From Squalus acanthias (taxonomy: Eukaryota), in the NCBI GenBank assembly GCA_030390025.1, contig CM059438.1, positions 69,876,001 to 69,940,000 on the forward strand: a DNA stretch of 64,000 nt. The letters are read 5' to 3'. The translations under genes were made by a program, and so were the position numbers. Positions 1 to 13,660 of the stretch are shown one piece after another; position 1 is the first letter of the stretch; the number at the start of each line of letters is the position of its first letter. The notes under the pieces were generated by a model. The model searched no databases. It saw nothing but the letters and a program-made list of their open reading frames with translations, and was not told the DNA's origin.

Positions 1-1285
1 ACCAGTCACTGAATGGCTGCAGGCAGCCTCAAACTGTCAGAAGGTGATGAAAACACCACAGTCATACAGCCCTTGTGTTTCACTAGGAAGAAGGGGCAAC
101 ACAGATATCCACATGACCTGGAGCCCAGTTAGGTGACTCTGCTGCCCTGTGGTCGAAGGACACTTTAGCTGATGTTGACTTCTCTGTGGTATTGTATCTG
201 GGCTCTGCAATTAAAGCTGGACAGTCACATGTGGAATAGGAGACACACCAGTCTGACTGTACATTTGCTGACCCTTCTACAACCCCACTTCCTACCCACA
301 GCATGCTGGAGGAGACCATTTGCTTGTTGAATGAGGCAAAATGTCTATGCTACTGTGCAGTCTGGAAGCTGCTAGATGCACATTGATGTAGCACCTTTGC
401 ACAGCATTGTGCATTTTCTCCGGGCTCAGTTGGTGGAGCAGACTATCTCAATATGCTCGTGACACTGGCATCTACTCGACAATGTTCAAAGCTCCCTTTT
501 GGGGTCTGAAAAACAAGCTGCAAGGATACAGAGTTTGCATAAATCCTTGTCCATGGTCCCCCATCTAATGTGCTCTTTGATCCTGAGTGTTGCCCTGTGT
601 CGGATTGTCTGAGTGATGGACCCTTTTGCGGTTCAGCAGCCTGTCCTTAAAACATTTGGTGAAAAAGACCAAATGTAAATAGGTTTAATGTACAGTTACT
701 TGAAATATGTCAGTAAGAATTACTATTGTATAATATTTTTTCATCACAGCTGTTTTTCCCATTTTTCTAAAACAAGGAAATTAAGATTACCTAATAATAA
801 AACTTTGCACTAAACTCTTTATAATCACAGCTAACTGTCAAATATTAATTCTGAGAAAATGATGCATGGAGAAGCAAACTAATTTGTATTTTTTTTTTCA
901 TTTTTAAATTAATATTTATTTATACTGTTATGCAAATTGGAATTGAAACTTCTGTCTTGTACTTTTCCTCAAAATTTACTTTGGCTTCCCGCCTGGCTTT
1001 GCGTTTCAAAGCAGGATCCCTAAAAACATCTTGTTCACAATTGTCTTATCCAGGGAATTGTAAACTGAGTACCTGCTTGGCATCAGGTGGTTGTAGTTGT
1101 TCACTTTCACAAAGGACTAGATCTTGGACATCTTGGCCACATTCCTCTTGCCCATTTTGGCAGTCACTTTACAAGGGTAAGGATCATTACCAGTAACAAG
1201 GCAATGATTGTAAGGCCTGTCAGAGGTTCCATCATCGATGTTGGATGGCACCTTTGAGTCCAGCATTATGTACTGAGAAAAGAAT

Positions 1286-1998
1286 GACCCAGAATTGCCC
1301 ACAAAGATCTCGCAAACTGTGTCGCAAAAGCTTTAGCTTTCTCAATGTTAATTTGATTGTAGCGCTGTCTATAGGGGATCTCCAGCATCCAGCAGCAGTG
1401 ATGTCATCAAGCTGGCTAAGCAGCCAATCACATTGAAGAATTCTCTCAGACAGCAAACCAGGAAATAAAAAGCAGCTTTTATCATTCACTTTTTAAATGT
1501 TTTACAGAGAGCGAAATAAAGATTGGGACATACACATGAGGGTAAAGGTAGAAGCTGAAATATCATAAACTTCAAAAAAATATAATTATTTTAAAAATCT
1601 AGTAATTGTTATAATAATGGAGAAATTTGACATTTCACAAATATAAAATTAGTTTTTCAGGGCCAAAATGGTTGTTCAGCAGTACTTATTACTCAGAATG
1701 CTGTTAAAAACCCAGTTACACCTCATTAAACAAAGCTTAACTTTTTTGGGGGTTTTTAACAGCGATATTAGAGCAGAAAAGGAGAAGTTTTCGTCAGTTC
1801 AAGTGATTTCACTAATTGCCGGCTCCAGGGAATTCCACAGCACAACCTGTGGTGGAGCAGGAAATGACTGACCGCAACTTCAGGATTTCTGTGTTTATCT
1901 ACGCATGCGCTAAATCCTGAAGTTACAGTCCATTTCAGAGGGGTAATGATGGTGAATGCTGACAGTTTAGCCATCATTACCATCGCAAAATCTGGGCC
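1286..1998. mobile_element. Non-autonomous PIF/Harbinger-like MITE
   Basis: Imperfect TIRs gacccagaattgc / gcaaaatctgggcc flanked by a 3-bp TSD AAT (1283-1285, 1999-2001). Internal sequence is shared with the element starting near 63585. Confidence 0.6.
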
Positions 1999-3499
1999 AA
2001 TACATTTACCTGTGCTGTGAATCAGCTTTTTTATGAAACAACATTTCTTATCACTTCTGTGCCTAGAGTCTCCTCTTTGACGGTACTTCATTCTGATTCT
2101 GCGTAAAGTTTTGGAAATTTGCAGCAGGATCATGAAGTGTGAACATTTCCACCTGTTTCCCTCTTTTAACTTGTTGGTCCTCACGATCCAACTTTCTTTC
2201 AGATGTCCATGCCGCTGATGAGCACTGTGCTGCATCAGGTTGTGCTTAGATTTTCATGCTAAAATGTTGCAAGTGCTAATCCTTCTTCAGTGTCCAGTAG
2301 AAACACTACAGAAATTCAATAAAATTGGAATAGTTTAATTCGGCATGTGGTGCAAACTTATAGGCAGTGTTTACTACATCATCATGGAACGGTACATTAT
2401 AAGCACTCAAACAGGGAATGCTGTCTACTGCACATAATCCTGAATTAAAACTTATTGTCCATGATTTGTTGACGGCACTAAATCCTGGTCCCAGTATGCC
2501 TATTGCGTATGTGTTGTGACGGTTTGGTAACTTAAGTTAATTGGATCTACTTGATTACCTCAGTTTGTATTTTAGTTGACTGACAGAAACTATCTTAAGA
2601 CTGAATCAAACCCTTTACAAAATATCCAATTTGGGATTAATGACTTATAGATGCAATGTAATACCAAGTTCTCGACTTTTCAGTTGACACTAAGTTAATC
2701 TCAGTAAATAGCCTCCCCTTTGGCAGTAGAAACACAGCAGGGCAATAATTCCAGTCATTCCACTCATCTTAACCTAGGCTAGAAGATTTACTTTGAATTC
2801 AATTGGTGACAACACATTTTTAGTGTGAGAATAGAAAGATGACACTACAGATTTGACAGCGGGGGCTGGGTAGCATACTGAGAAGACATTGGCCATTCAC
2901 CTTGGGTTTGAATCCATCATAGATTGATGGGATAAAATAAATATTTGCAGTCTCAATTCATTTCCTGGTGGGAATGGGCCTACATCAGGAAAACTCCTAC
3001 AAATTTGTCACTAATTGGTATTGTCACTCAAAAGTACAAAGATGGTTGGTTTGGAAAATACCACATTAGTGCTCTGGGTACTCTTGAGGCTGGAACTTAC
3101 GGCACATTGTAGGGCAAGCTTTACTATCTGTGGAAGACCTGACCTGGGAGTGCTTGATGTAGCACACTGGGTGCTGAAAATGGAAAGTGTTCCATTCCCC
3201 AGCATATGAATCCCTTACCTTGATGAACACAAATAATAGAGATCTCGCCAACAGTGGCCAAACAGTTCACAAAATGGGACATTGTATCCATACTTGTTCC
3301 AAGGCAAATAAATAAATTCAGCACATTACACTTGGCAACTGCATTCCAATATCCTGAAGATGCTGTGCCATTATATCTACTGCACCAGATCATATTGCTG
3401 AACTCTCAGCCAACAGCACTCTCCGAGGACCTTCCCTTTAGTTTCCTGTTGTAGCTTCCACCCACCTGGTTACTTTGCTGGTCAGCAGTGGTAGTTTGA

Positions 3500-4042
3500 A
3501 ACTGGAGTATTGCGTCCAGTTCTGGTCACCACACTTCAGGAAGGATGTGAAGGCACTTGAGAGCGTGCAGAGGAGATTTACCAGAATGGGGATGGGGGAT
3601 CTTAGCTACAAGGACAGGTTGGAGAAGCTGGATTTGTTTTCATTAGACCAAAGGAGGTTGAGGGGTGAGTTGATAGAGGTGCACAAGATTATGATGGGTT
3701 TGGATAGGCTAGACGGGGAAAGGCTGTTCCCACTAGTTAATGGTACAAGGACTAGGGGACACAGATTTAAGGTTTTGGGCAAGAGATACAGGGGGGACGT
3801 GAGGAAAATCTTTTTTACGCAGCGAGTGGTGAGGACCTGGAACTCACTGCCGACGGAAGTGGTGGAAGCGGAGACACTCAATGTTTTCAAGGGGAGACTG
3901 GATAGGCACTTGAGGGAAATAAACTTGCAGGGCTACGGGGATAGAGTGGGGGAATGGGACTGACTGAATTGCTCTTCAGAGAGCTGGCACAGACTCGATG
4001 GGCCGAATGGCCTCCTTCTGTGCCGTTATGACTCTGTGACTC
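3500..4042 (+). mobile_element. CR1 LINE 3' fragment (5'-truncated)
   Basis: ORF 3475-3963 has LEYCVQFWSPH...LESVQRRFTRM...FFTQRVVRTWNSLP, the CR1 ORF2 C-terminus. It is followed by the gggccgaatggcctcct 3' UTR motif and a short tandem tail. Confidence 0.9.
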
Positions 4043-4274
4043 ATCTCGTGTCACATAATATTCTGCATGCTGTGAGATTCCTGCACCGCTTCTTAATCCC
4101 CGAATCCTTGGTGCGTGCCAGACCTGAACAAGCCTCACACCTCCCAGTGGACCATACTTCACTTCTTGAGAACCAGTGATCAAGGTGAATTGTAAGTGAC
4201 TTGATTAATATAAAGACATCTTGCATTGATAGTCGTGCAAAGGAAGTAGAGTAGAAAGCATGCGGAATTGAAAG

Positions 4275-4690
4275 ACTGAACCGGCTGGACTCTTTTCACT
4301 AGAAAAGAGAAGGCTGAGGGCTGACCTAACAGAGGTCTTTAAAATTATGAAGGGAATTGAGAGGGTAAATGTAGAGAAGATGTTTCCACATGTGGGGATG
4401 TCCAAAACTAGGGGCCATAAATATAAGATAGTCACCCATAAATCTAATAAGGAATTCATGTGAAACTTCTTCACCCAGAGAATTGTTAGAACATGGAATT
4501 TGCTACCATATGGAGTAGTTGAAGCGAATAGCATAGATGCCTTTCAGGGAAAGCTAGATAAGTACTTGGGGGAAGAAAGGAATAGTAGGATATGCTGATC
4601 GGGTTAGATGAAGTAGGGTGGGAGGAGGCTCGTGTGGAGCATGGACCAGTTGGGCTGAATGGCTTGTTTCTGTGCTGTAAATGATCATGT
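4275..4690 (+). mobile_element. Degraded CR1 3' fragment
   Basis: aaagagaaggctgagggctgacctaacagaggtc and 3' motif gttgggctgaatggcttgtttctgtgctgtaa; same family as 52612-53035 and 13243-13660. Confidence 0.8.
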
Positions 4691-5902
4691 TGCAAACCTG
4701 GCCTTCTAGAAATTTAAATAAAAAGAAAAGATGTAGTTGAACTGAGTTCCCAGTGCGTAAAGAGAAAAATAATCAACAGGTCAGTTAACTGTATCTGATA
4801 TAAACATTTTGTGCGTGTTAATTGCTGAGGGCTCTGAGATACCAGCTGTCTGGACTGGTAGATCTGCAAATTAAGCAAAAGTTAGTAAAATTAAGAAATT
4901 TATGATATGCAAATAAAAATGAAATGTACCTGGGGAGGGGCCGGAGGGAATGCCTACAAAATTGACTAGTAGCTGTTTCTCAGCAGCCACCTTTGGACTG
5001 CCATCAGGATCCCTGCAGATCCTGCAGCCTGCGGGAGACCTGATGCTACTGCAGGTTTCTTTTGGCGCCCGCTGCTTAGGCGCCAAACGGGCCGACGGTG
5101 ATACGAGTGAGACGTGAGGCTGGGAACACCCTCTTGTGCATTATTTGAATGCTTACTGAGGCCTGTATCTACTCCAGGCACAGACCCAATAGAGCCCATC
5201 CTAATATGCACAGGAAATCCTGTGGCAGCATTGTAGGGACTGAGTGAGGCCTGATGCAATGGGTCTCTTCTCCTTTTTCCTCTTTACGGCAATTGAATGT
5301 TCTCCAGGGGCAACAAAGAGGAAAATCTCCCCTTATATAAACGTATGCAGTGCTTCTTTAAATGTACTGAGGATGTGGATACTCCTTGTCCTTGTGCTCC
5401 ATATGTGTGTGCAGAACACTATCCTTCATCTGACTCTCTCAATTGCAGCCAGGCAACGTAAACATGTTAGTCCCAGCTGCGAATGGATGCTGTAGCTGAT
5501 GATCTGAGATTGGCAGCAACAGTTTAACTGGGCTTGAAAGCAAAAGGTGATAACTTTCATCAGCTTTTAGTCCAATTTGTCTTGAATGGAAGGCTAAGTG
5601 ATATATCACAGCCTTTTACTGTAAGTGGGTGTTTTAAGAATAATTGTAAAACATTTGCTGAAGAAGATTGAAGGAATGTTTTACAATGATTGACAAAGCT
5701 GGTCTTACAAACTCTTTATATTGGAGAGATCTGTTTGAATGTCAACATGTTTAACTCATTACCTTAGCGTCCATTTTGTTGTTCATATGTGATCCAGGCA
5801 CTGATTGAATAGTTTCCATATTCCATGCTCACTCACCAAATATCCTTTGCGCTGCCAGTAACTTATAGCCGGTGTTTGGATGATCACATAAACCAGGGAA
5901 TA

Positions 5903-6270
5903 AGGTGGCTTAGTAGGTTAATCTAGTGCCCTTTCGCCTCTGGGACCCATGTTTGAACTCAGCCCAGACTCTTGGGATGCAAGTCAACCTGCTGGTCCAG
6001 AGTGCTACTTGAATGAGTTTGAGTGACTCAACCCAACTTATTGTGGGTGAAGGCCCACAACACACAACTGTCTATAATTGGGTGTAGACTGGCACTTATT
6101 CAGGGAAAGCATGGGAAGGTTGGCTGGGATGGGAAGTGCGCCAAAAAAAATTGATTGAGTTTGGGGTTAAAGCTCACTGTTGGGTGAGAGTGCTTCAACC
6201 ACGAGATAGTGGTACTGCACCTGATCTGAGTGCTTGACATGGACACCTGTGGAAAAAGGGATTTGTTCTC
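5903..6270 (+). mobile_element. Ancient tRNA-headed SINE (LF-SINE-like), degraded
   Basis: A-box-like ggtggcttagtagg and B-box-like gtttgaactcagccca. Related decayed copies lie near 2860-3200 and 42630-42970. Confidence 0.4.
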
Positions 6271-8016
6271 TAGCCTCTGTTATAGATACAAAAAAAAAAT
6301 CAATTCAATGAAGGCAAAGATCAAGCAGTTCACCCAAATCTAGAGAGTTAATTACAACCCTGAGCAAGATTTGGTGAACACTCGTAATCTGTGCAGTTTT
6401 CCATTTCTTCTGCTCCCATTTTTGGTCTTCTGTTTCAATTGGGAATTTTATCTTTCATAGAATCACAGAAATTTATGGCACAGAAGGAGGCCATTCGGCC
6501 CATTGTGTCAGTGCCGGCCGAAAAAGAGCAATCCAGCCTAATCCCACTTTCCAGCTCTTGGTGACCCTTATGGTGCAGTCTTGAAAAAGTGCAGAAAATG
6601 TATTGCTGCAAAATTAATATCCCTTTGTAATACTGTGAGATCTAAACTGTACTTAGTTTGTTTATGCTTAGGGGTTAAGTCCTTGAATTTTTTTGCTTTG
6701 TCACAAACGCTCTGTGCAGGTGAAATAATATTTTGCAGTGATTACAACTGTGGCCCCTGCTCACAAAGCAGAAAATTGCTTTTGAGCAGATCAGTAAATG
6801 CTTTGGGAGTAGCGGCTAACAGCCACTTCAGTGTACCAAATGGGAGATAAATTAACTCTTCGCCTCGGAGCTAGTTTCCACCATAGCTGTGGAGGTGGGG
6901 ATGAGAAGTGGAACTTGATATCCAGGGCATCCTCAACCTCAAGTTTTACCTTCCTATTTTAATTGTAGAGATTGACATAATGCCAGTAATTGCACCTTGC
7001 CATCCGAGCATTTCTACTTGTAGGCTCATGTCGTACAAGTGGTAAGAAACTAGGGACCAGGAAGTGAATTTTTGGGCTAGTTTCTTAACACCGCCTTGAC
7101 ATTGGCAGTTGAATCCATATCATTTTCACCTGAAAACAAATATGATAGTTCTGATCGGGCGTCATATATTTCCTGTTATTAGTTTGCCGGCTATACGTGC
7201 TCATTTCCTCATCATCTGTTGAAGGTATTTGAGAGGCTTATAGAATCAGAGAATGTTACAGCACAGAACCAAGGCCATTCTGCCTGTGAAGTCTGTGACA
7301 GCGTTTTGCTCCACATGAGCCACCAAGTCTAATCCCAGCTCTTCTGCTTTCTCACCATATCCTTTAATATTAGTCTTTCTTCAATCAGCTAATTGCCTTT
7401 TAAAATTATTTATAGACTCTGCTTCAACAACAGTTTGTGGCAGCAAATTGCGCATTCGTACCACCCTGTTAAAAAAAAAAAAAAAAAGTTTTTCTAACCT
7501 GACTAATTCTTTTTGTAATTATTTTAAATTTATGCTCTCATTACCATCTTGCCGATCAGTGGAAACACCATTTGCCCTATTATTTGGGCCAAATGGCCTT
7601 ATTCTGTGCTGTATGATTCTATGATCCATCAGAAGATATTGATCAGGCCATTCCTTAGCCCTCTCAGCTTGACAAAAAGTCTACCTTCTCAAGTCTCTCA
7701 TAATCTCTCATCCTTGTAACATCCTGGTAAATATATGTTGCACCTCTTGCATTGCTGTTATATCCTTCCATAATGTGCACGATGCACCGACTGCAGCCTA
7801 ACTTAATGTCACCTCCTTGCTTTTATATTTTGTGCCTCTAGATGTAGAAAAATGTTTGGGTGAATGTTGAACTCAAAGCAATTATATCAGTTAATCTGAA
7901 TTTGATCTTGGGATTCAATTGGAAACTCCAAGTTAAGCTTGTGTTGTGCAAAAAAAATAAACAGAGGATGCACCAGGGCAAAGGTCCCTCTACTTATGTG
8001 CACTGATCCATTTATT

Positions 8017-8760
8017 GGCCCAAAAATTCGTGAGGAAGCCTTCGTGCGAGGGTAAGGCCTCCCCGCGATCTCTCTCTGCGCGTTGGCTTTTTCAGTTCCA
8101 GCTCGCACGAACTTGATGTTCTGGACAGCTGCTGTGCTGGGCTTGCGTATCCCACCGGCGTAGTTAATTCGTGCGAGCTGTGGGATCACGTGACTCAGTT
8201 AGAGCCAATGGCAGCACACCATCTTCCATTCATAACTTTCACAAAAGTGCTATGAAAGCTATGAATACTATAGCCCCCCAAAAGAACCGCTAAACCTCAA
8301 TTAAATTTTTTTTAAAAACCATCACATTAATAAAATAAGTATAGTTAAATAAATTAACCATTTTAAATAAAAAATTAAATTTTTGAAAAAATTTAAAATC
8401 TTTTAAAAAGTTATAAAAATAAACTTACCTGTCTTTAAAGTCTCTAAAAAAGATATACCTGTTTAAAAAAATTCAAAATAATACTTAATTCACTACTTAC
8501 CTTGTTAAAAGTGGGTCTTACTCCTCCTTTTTTTATGTGTAGAATCTTCCGTACTTACCTGCGCGTTGAAACCACTAAGTGCACTGCGTGCGCGCAGCCT
8601 GTAGCGCGCACGCGGTTCACCTAGGACCCGCCCCCTTTTCCATTCACCAAGTGCCGGTTTTCAGCGCATGCGCAGTGCATGCAGAAAACCGGCAATTGGA
8701 GACAGAATACGCGAGAGTACGCAGTGCGTACTCTCGCGTAGCGGCACTAATTTTTGGGCC
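8017..8760. mobile_element. PIF/Harbinger-like MITE with internal hairpins
   Basis: Perfect 12-bp TIRs GGCCCAAAAATT / AATTTTTGGGCC and 3-bp TSD ATT (8014-8016, 8761-8763). CpG-rich ends, AT-rich core. Confidence 0.85.
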
Positions 8761-9417
8761 ATTGTGTCTAGTCACGTGTATATATAAAGTAGAAGGCAGT
8801 GCTCTGTCCATGTGTGGCACATGTCCTACTCCAAGCATCTGTTTGTGGCCAGCTAAAGCCATGAAGGCAGGTGTATGAACGACGTGCTTGTGTCCAGTTG
8901 GCACAGAGCATTAGTGTATAACGGACTGATGGGATGTGATTGATGCCTTCCATTTTTCTGTGTGGCACAAAATTTATTGCCTGAGGACAACTACCCATTT
9001 TCAGTAAATGCAGGTTGCCTTTGCTAAAAGGCACTTACTTCAGAGATTGTCAGTTTGACTATTGCGTTGGGCAGCTGTTATGAGGAGAGCTTTCTCTACA
9101 GCATGCACTTAGTAACTTTCTGCAATGCTGGCATTCTTGTATCAGACTTTTGCAATGTTTCCAGTTATTTTCCCTTCCTTTCTCCTGTCTTTTCGACCTG
9201 GCTACTTCACATTCCCCAACTATCATCAGCCAATAAATTTGCCAGTCCATTATTGATCTGGGCACTGGGTGGTGTGCACGAGTGACTCTGGTTGACTCTG
9301 CCTGTCAGGTGTTTTTTCCTAATCCTTTCTTGCAGCAAAGTGGCTTCGCCTCCACACAGCACACTGTGCCCCATAATCGGGCTGCGATCAGTAAACTTAT
9401 TCACTTGGAAAAACATG

Positions 9418-10088
9418 GAAGTAGATTTTAGCTCTGGGCGGACTTCGGGCAGGAAGCAGGCGAAGCAAATTGTGCCACCTGCCCAAGTTCTTGTGAAGGT
9501 GCCCGAGTCATTTCCATACTCCTGGCGAACTGTAACGTGGTTTGGGCGCACACAGGCACCTCGCCAGTTGGGAGGCGGGAATTCCAGCGTTGTCTTCACA
9601 GAGCTGAGCTGGAAACTTTCGCCTGGGAGGGGGAGGAAAGGCAATGGTGGAAGGGGGCGTGGCTGATCCGGCACCTCATCCTGGCCTGACAAAAATCTTA
9701 ACAGCCCCCAAGATTGTGCCTTTTCCTGAGCGGCTTGCAGCAGTTGCTTTGAGGAACACTGGTTAGACCCCGGTATCAATAATGAGAGCGCACGCAGTGA
9801 ACTTTTTGCCCATTAGTACCTGAAAACTGCATCGGGGTCCTTCAACCAGTGTAAGACCCTGATTTGCATATTTCAAATTGCATCCTGCCTGAAATGAGCT
9901 GCCCTGCTGAAGGCCAAATGAAAATGGTAGCGACCATACTGGGAGCAAAAATGGCTGCACAGTGGTGCACTACTCTTTTCGTCCCCGTTACTGCCCTGTT
10001 CCCACTGGGTAGATGCCATGCAAACCGACCCCATGGGGTGCAAATTGCTGTCCGATCATTCCGTGAGCGCATTTGAGATCTTTACTTC
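9418..10088. mobile_element. Probable decayed Harbinger-like MITE
   Basis: CpG-enriched block bounded by gaagtagatttt ... agatctttacttc (weak TIR); no clean TSD. Confidence 0.35.
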
Positions 10089-11777
10089 AATCAGCACCTA
10101 ATTAAATAAAAAGAATTCCAATGTAAGGTGAGGTTTTTTTAATGTAATTTTCCTGACAAAATAAATTATCCCCCATCTTCAGTCGGCCCAGCATTGATGT
10201 CTTTCCTGCCGAAAGGTTGGGTGGGCAACCTACCCTTGGGTTGCTGCAATTGGCCCCTGTAGCAAGCTGCCAGAAGGCTTGGGGACTCTGGGGAGAGAGC
10301 AGGACACACAAGCGGGGGGGCCAAGTGACCTCTTTCTGTGCTGGTTCTAAAGGGAGCACCCAGGTGTGACTCTTCCCTCCATTTCTTTTGGGAGCCAGCA
10401 GTCTCCACTCTGCATGGCTCAGATAGGAATTGCATGTTGTTCCCTCACTGCAGGGCTCTGAATATTAGTGCTGTCTAATGTTCAGCACCACCACTTTGCT
10501 CAAGGCAAGTCATATCATCATTGTATATTTAGTGTGAAACATGTTTTCCTAATTTACTTTGCAACCAAGTGGAAGTGTGAGATTAAATGGAAACTCTGGT
10601 TTTCAGTTTTTTTTTAATGCATGGTACCTGGTACATGAGTATACTAATTTGCCCACTAGCTTTAGCATTTAGATTATCTTCATGCAGCTTGCCTGAGGCA
10701 AGTTAAAATGTTTAGAAGCCTGACAGGAAAAGATTGCCTGTTGCTACCTCGACTGAAGCAGTTCTTTTGCTTGGATTCTAGTTGTATCTTTGATCTTTCA
10801 TCATCAAACGTCTCTTATATCCTGTACATATTTTTAAATATTTTTCAGTGCCTCAACGCTGATTTACAAAGTGAGCCTTGCTTAGCTGTGCAGCTTTACA
10901 GTCAACAGTTGTAGCCCCATAAAGGTACTACTGTGCCCATATTATTCACCGCTAGCCTTCTATCTAACACAACTGCCAGTCTGTGGGGAGGGGGTGGGGT
11001 GAGAGAAGGGGTGGGGTGAGAATGATGAGTAACTGAAATTCAAATGTAAAATGGAGAGCAAAATTTGTGACGCTAGAGACTGAGAACTGAATAGAGTAGA
11101 AATCCACAATGATGGCAAGGAAAATATTGAAATAAAATATCACTTTAACAGGGAAAAAAATCCTGCCTCTTTGTTTAATAAAGCAAAGGCAAGATTCGTT
11201 CAGGTAATTGCTCTGCTGGTATCCTTGTCCCAAAATTATTGTTGGCATTGTATAATCCAGACTTACTCCATTGATATACTTGACTATCGACATAGCATGT
11301 AAAGAAACACATCACAGTCTGTTACCAAATCTAAAAAGGCATCAGACGAGGCTGTGTATTGACATATCATTAAGACTCACAGGGACAAGTCTTGTCCTGA
11401 ACCAAGTTTGACAGAATAAATAATAATTTGGTGTCTGTGTTAAAGATTGTGTCAACCATTTCAGGTAACATGCAAATAAAGGGTTTTGCAGCTTTGTGCA
11501 TTTAAAGTGTACTTGTTCTTAAAGTGACTGTTCTTAAACTGCAAGCTCAACTATTTTTTCTTCCCTCTCTTGTGAAGATTCTCACTTTTTTTGAGGCCTG
11601 ATTCCACAGTGTTCACATCTCTCTAATATTTTAACTAAGAAACTTTTCCCTTAGATTTTCTTCTCCTTTTCTGCTGGAGGGGCCTGAGTTTTGTTGGCAG
11701 CCCAAGTGCTGGTCTTTGTATGCAACCCTGCCAGCGAGTGTTGGCCATGGAGAGAATCACAACCCAGCCCTCACATT

Positions 11778-12246
11778 AAAAAAAGAAAGATTTGCATTTA
11801 TATAGCACCTTTCACGACCACCGGACGTCTCAAAGCGCTTTACAGCCAATGAAGTACTTTTGGAGTGTAATCACTCCAATGTGGGAAACGCGGCAGCCAA
11901 TTTGCGCACAGCAAGCTCCCACAAACAGCAATGTGATAATTTGACCAGATAATTTGTTTTTGTTATGTTGATTGAGGGATAAATATTGGCCAGGACACTG
12001 GGGATAACTCCCCTGCTGTTCTTTGAAATAGTGCCATGGGATCTTTTACGTCCACCTGAGAGAGCAGACGGGGCCTCGCTTTAACGTCTCATCCGAAAGA
12101 CGGCACCTCCAACAGTGCAGCACTCCCTCAGCACTGCACTGCAGTGTCAGCCTAGATTTATGTGCTCAAGTCCCTGGAGTGGGACTTGAACCCACAACCT
12201 TCTGACTCAGAGGCGCGTGTGCTACCAACTGAACCACAGCTGACAC
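11778..12246 (-). mobile_element. tRNA-derived Deu-domain SINE (SacSINE1/AmnSINE1-like) with L2-type tail
   Basis: Minus strand shows a tRNA head (gtggttcagttggtagc...gggttcaagtcccac), a Deu-like core (ggaggtgccgtctttcggatgagacgttaaa...gatcccatggcac) and the tail gctatataaatgcaaatctttc. Confidence 0.85.
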
Positions 12247-12249
12247 ATG

Positions 12250-13089
12250 GGGGGTAATTTTGCCAGCCGTGGGGAGGCGGGTATGGAGGCGGGAATGCCG
12301 GGAAAATGGCAGAGTCTGGGGGCGGGTACCCATCCCGCCCACAACCCGCCTCCGTGCCATCTTCCCAAGAGACGGGTAACCCGACCCGCGCTGGGAGCCG
12401 CCTCCTTGAGGCGGGAAGGGGATTAGTACCAATTAACTGCCTGTTAACAGGTAGTTAACAGGCAGATTTTTGGATAATCCCTATTTTGCCACCTAAAGTG
12501 TGGGCTTCCCGATGGCTCCGAACCTCGCCAGGCGAGGTGAGCCGTGGGTCTGCAGGGGTTGGAGGGGCCGAGATGTCCGGTGTGCAGGTGAGTGATGAGT
12601 GCAAGTGTGGAGAGGTAAGTGTGTGAGGTGAATGTTGAGTGTTTTAAAAGCTTTACCTACCTTTGCTTCTTCCTCCAGGCTTCCTCCCTTCAGGTCTCGG
12701 GAGTCCCTCAGCTCACCGGCACAGAAAGCAGAATGGCCGCTGTATTCTCAAATGTATCAGGCTTCTGCTTTCTGCTCAGGAAGGCTTTCTAATTGAGTCT
12801 TGAGTAAAGACTTAACTTAGAAGACAGATTGTCAGTGTTTGACAGCTTCACAGAGCTGTCAAATGATGACATTTCATCTGTCAAAAGCTCTTGACAGATG
12901 AAACGTCACTCGCTGACGTCACCTGTAACCGGCTTTCCCTTAATTGGCCTGCTAAGCCCGCTGGGCGGGCTTAACAATGTGAATCAAGGGAAAATAGCGT
13001 GGGTTGGCCACAAGTCGATGGAGGCGGGACTAAAACCCGACAAGTGGGAGTCCCGCCTCCAAAAGCTCCCCATTGAGAAAATCCAGCCC
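12250..13089. mobile_element. PIF/Harbinger-like MITE
   Basis: TIRs gggggtaattttg / gagaaaatccagccc, TSD ATG (12247-12249, 13090-13092). Subterminal GGCGGG/CCCGCC motifs; right end identical to the terminus at 21578. Confidence 0.8.
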
Positions 13090-13242
13090 ATGATGTCAGC
13101 ACATGTACATTTTCCAGTACTCTTCATTAATCAGGAGCAGGAACCCTGGCTGAGTTTTTTCTCCCTTTCTTGACCAGGGGCACTGTGGTCAATTGTAGTA
13201 CCTTAACTGCTAATCCATCTGAGGGTCAGCACAGACTATATA

Positions 13243-13660
13243 TACATAGAATTTACAGCACAGAAACAGGCCTTTCAGCCCAACAGGTCTATGCTGGTGT
13301 TTATGCTCCACATGAGCCTCCTCTCACCTTACTTCAGCTCACCCTCTCTACATATCCTTCTGTTCCTTTCTCCCTTATATAAGTTCCCCTTAAATGCATC
13401 TATGCTATTCACCGCAACCATTCCGTGTGGTCGCGAGTTCCACATTCTCACCACTCTCTGGGTAAAGAAGTTTCTCCTGAATTCCTTATTGGATTTATTA
13501 GTGACTATCTTATATTGATGGCCTCTAGTTTTGGATTCCCCGCAAGTGGAAACATCTTCTCTACGTCTACCCTATTGAACCTTTTCATAATTTTAAAGGC
13601 ATCTATCAGGTTACCTCTTTTTGCCAGAGAAAAGAGCCCCATCCTGTTCAGCCTTTCAAA
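13243..13660 (-). mobile_element. CR1 3' fragment
   Basis: Reverse complement of the CR1 ORF2 end and 3' UTR (catagaatttacagcacagaaacaggcc...ctctctgggtaaagaagtttctcc). Confidence 0.8.

Noticed and set aside
1..660. Possible coding or transposon remnant at the window start
   Set aside because: No motif or boundary I can support.
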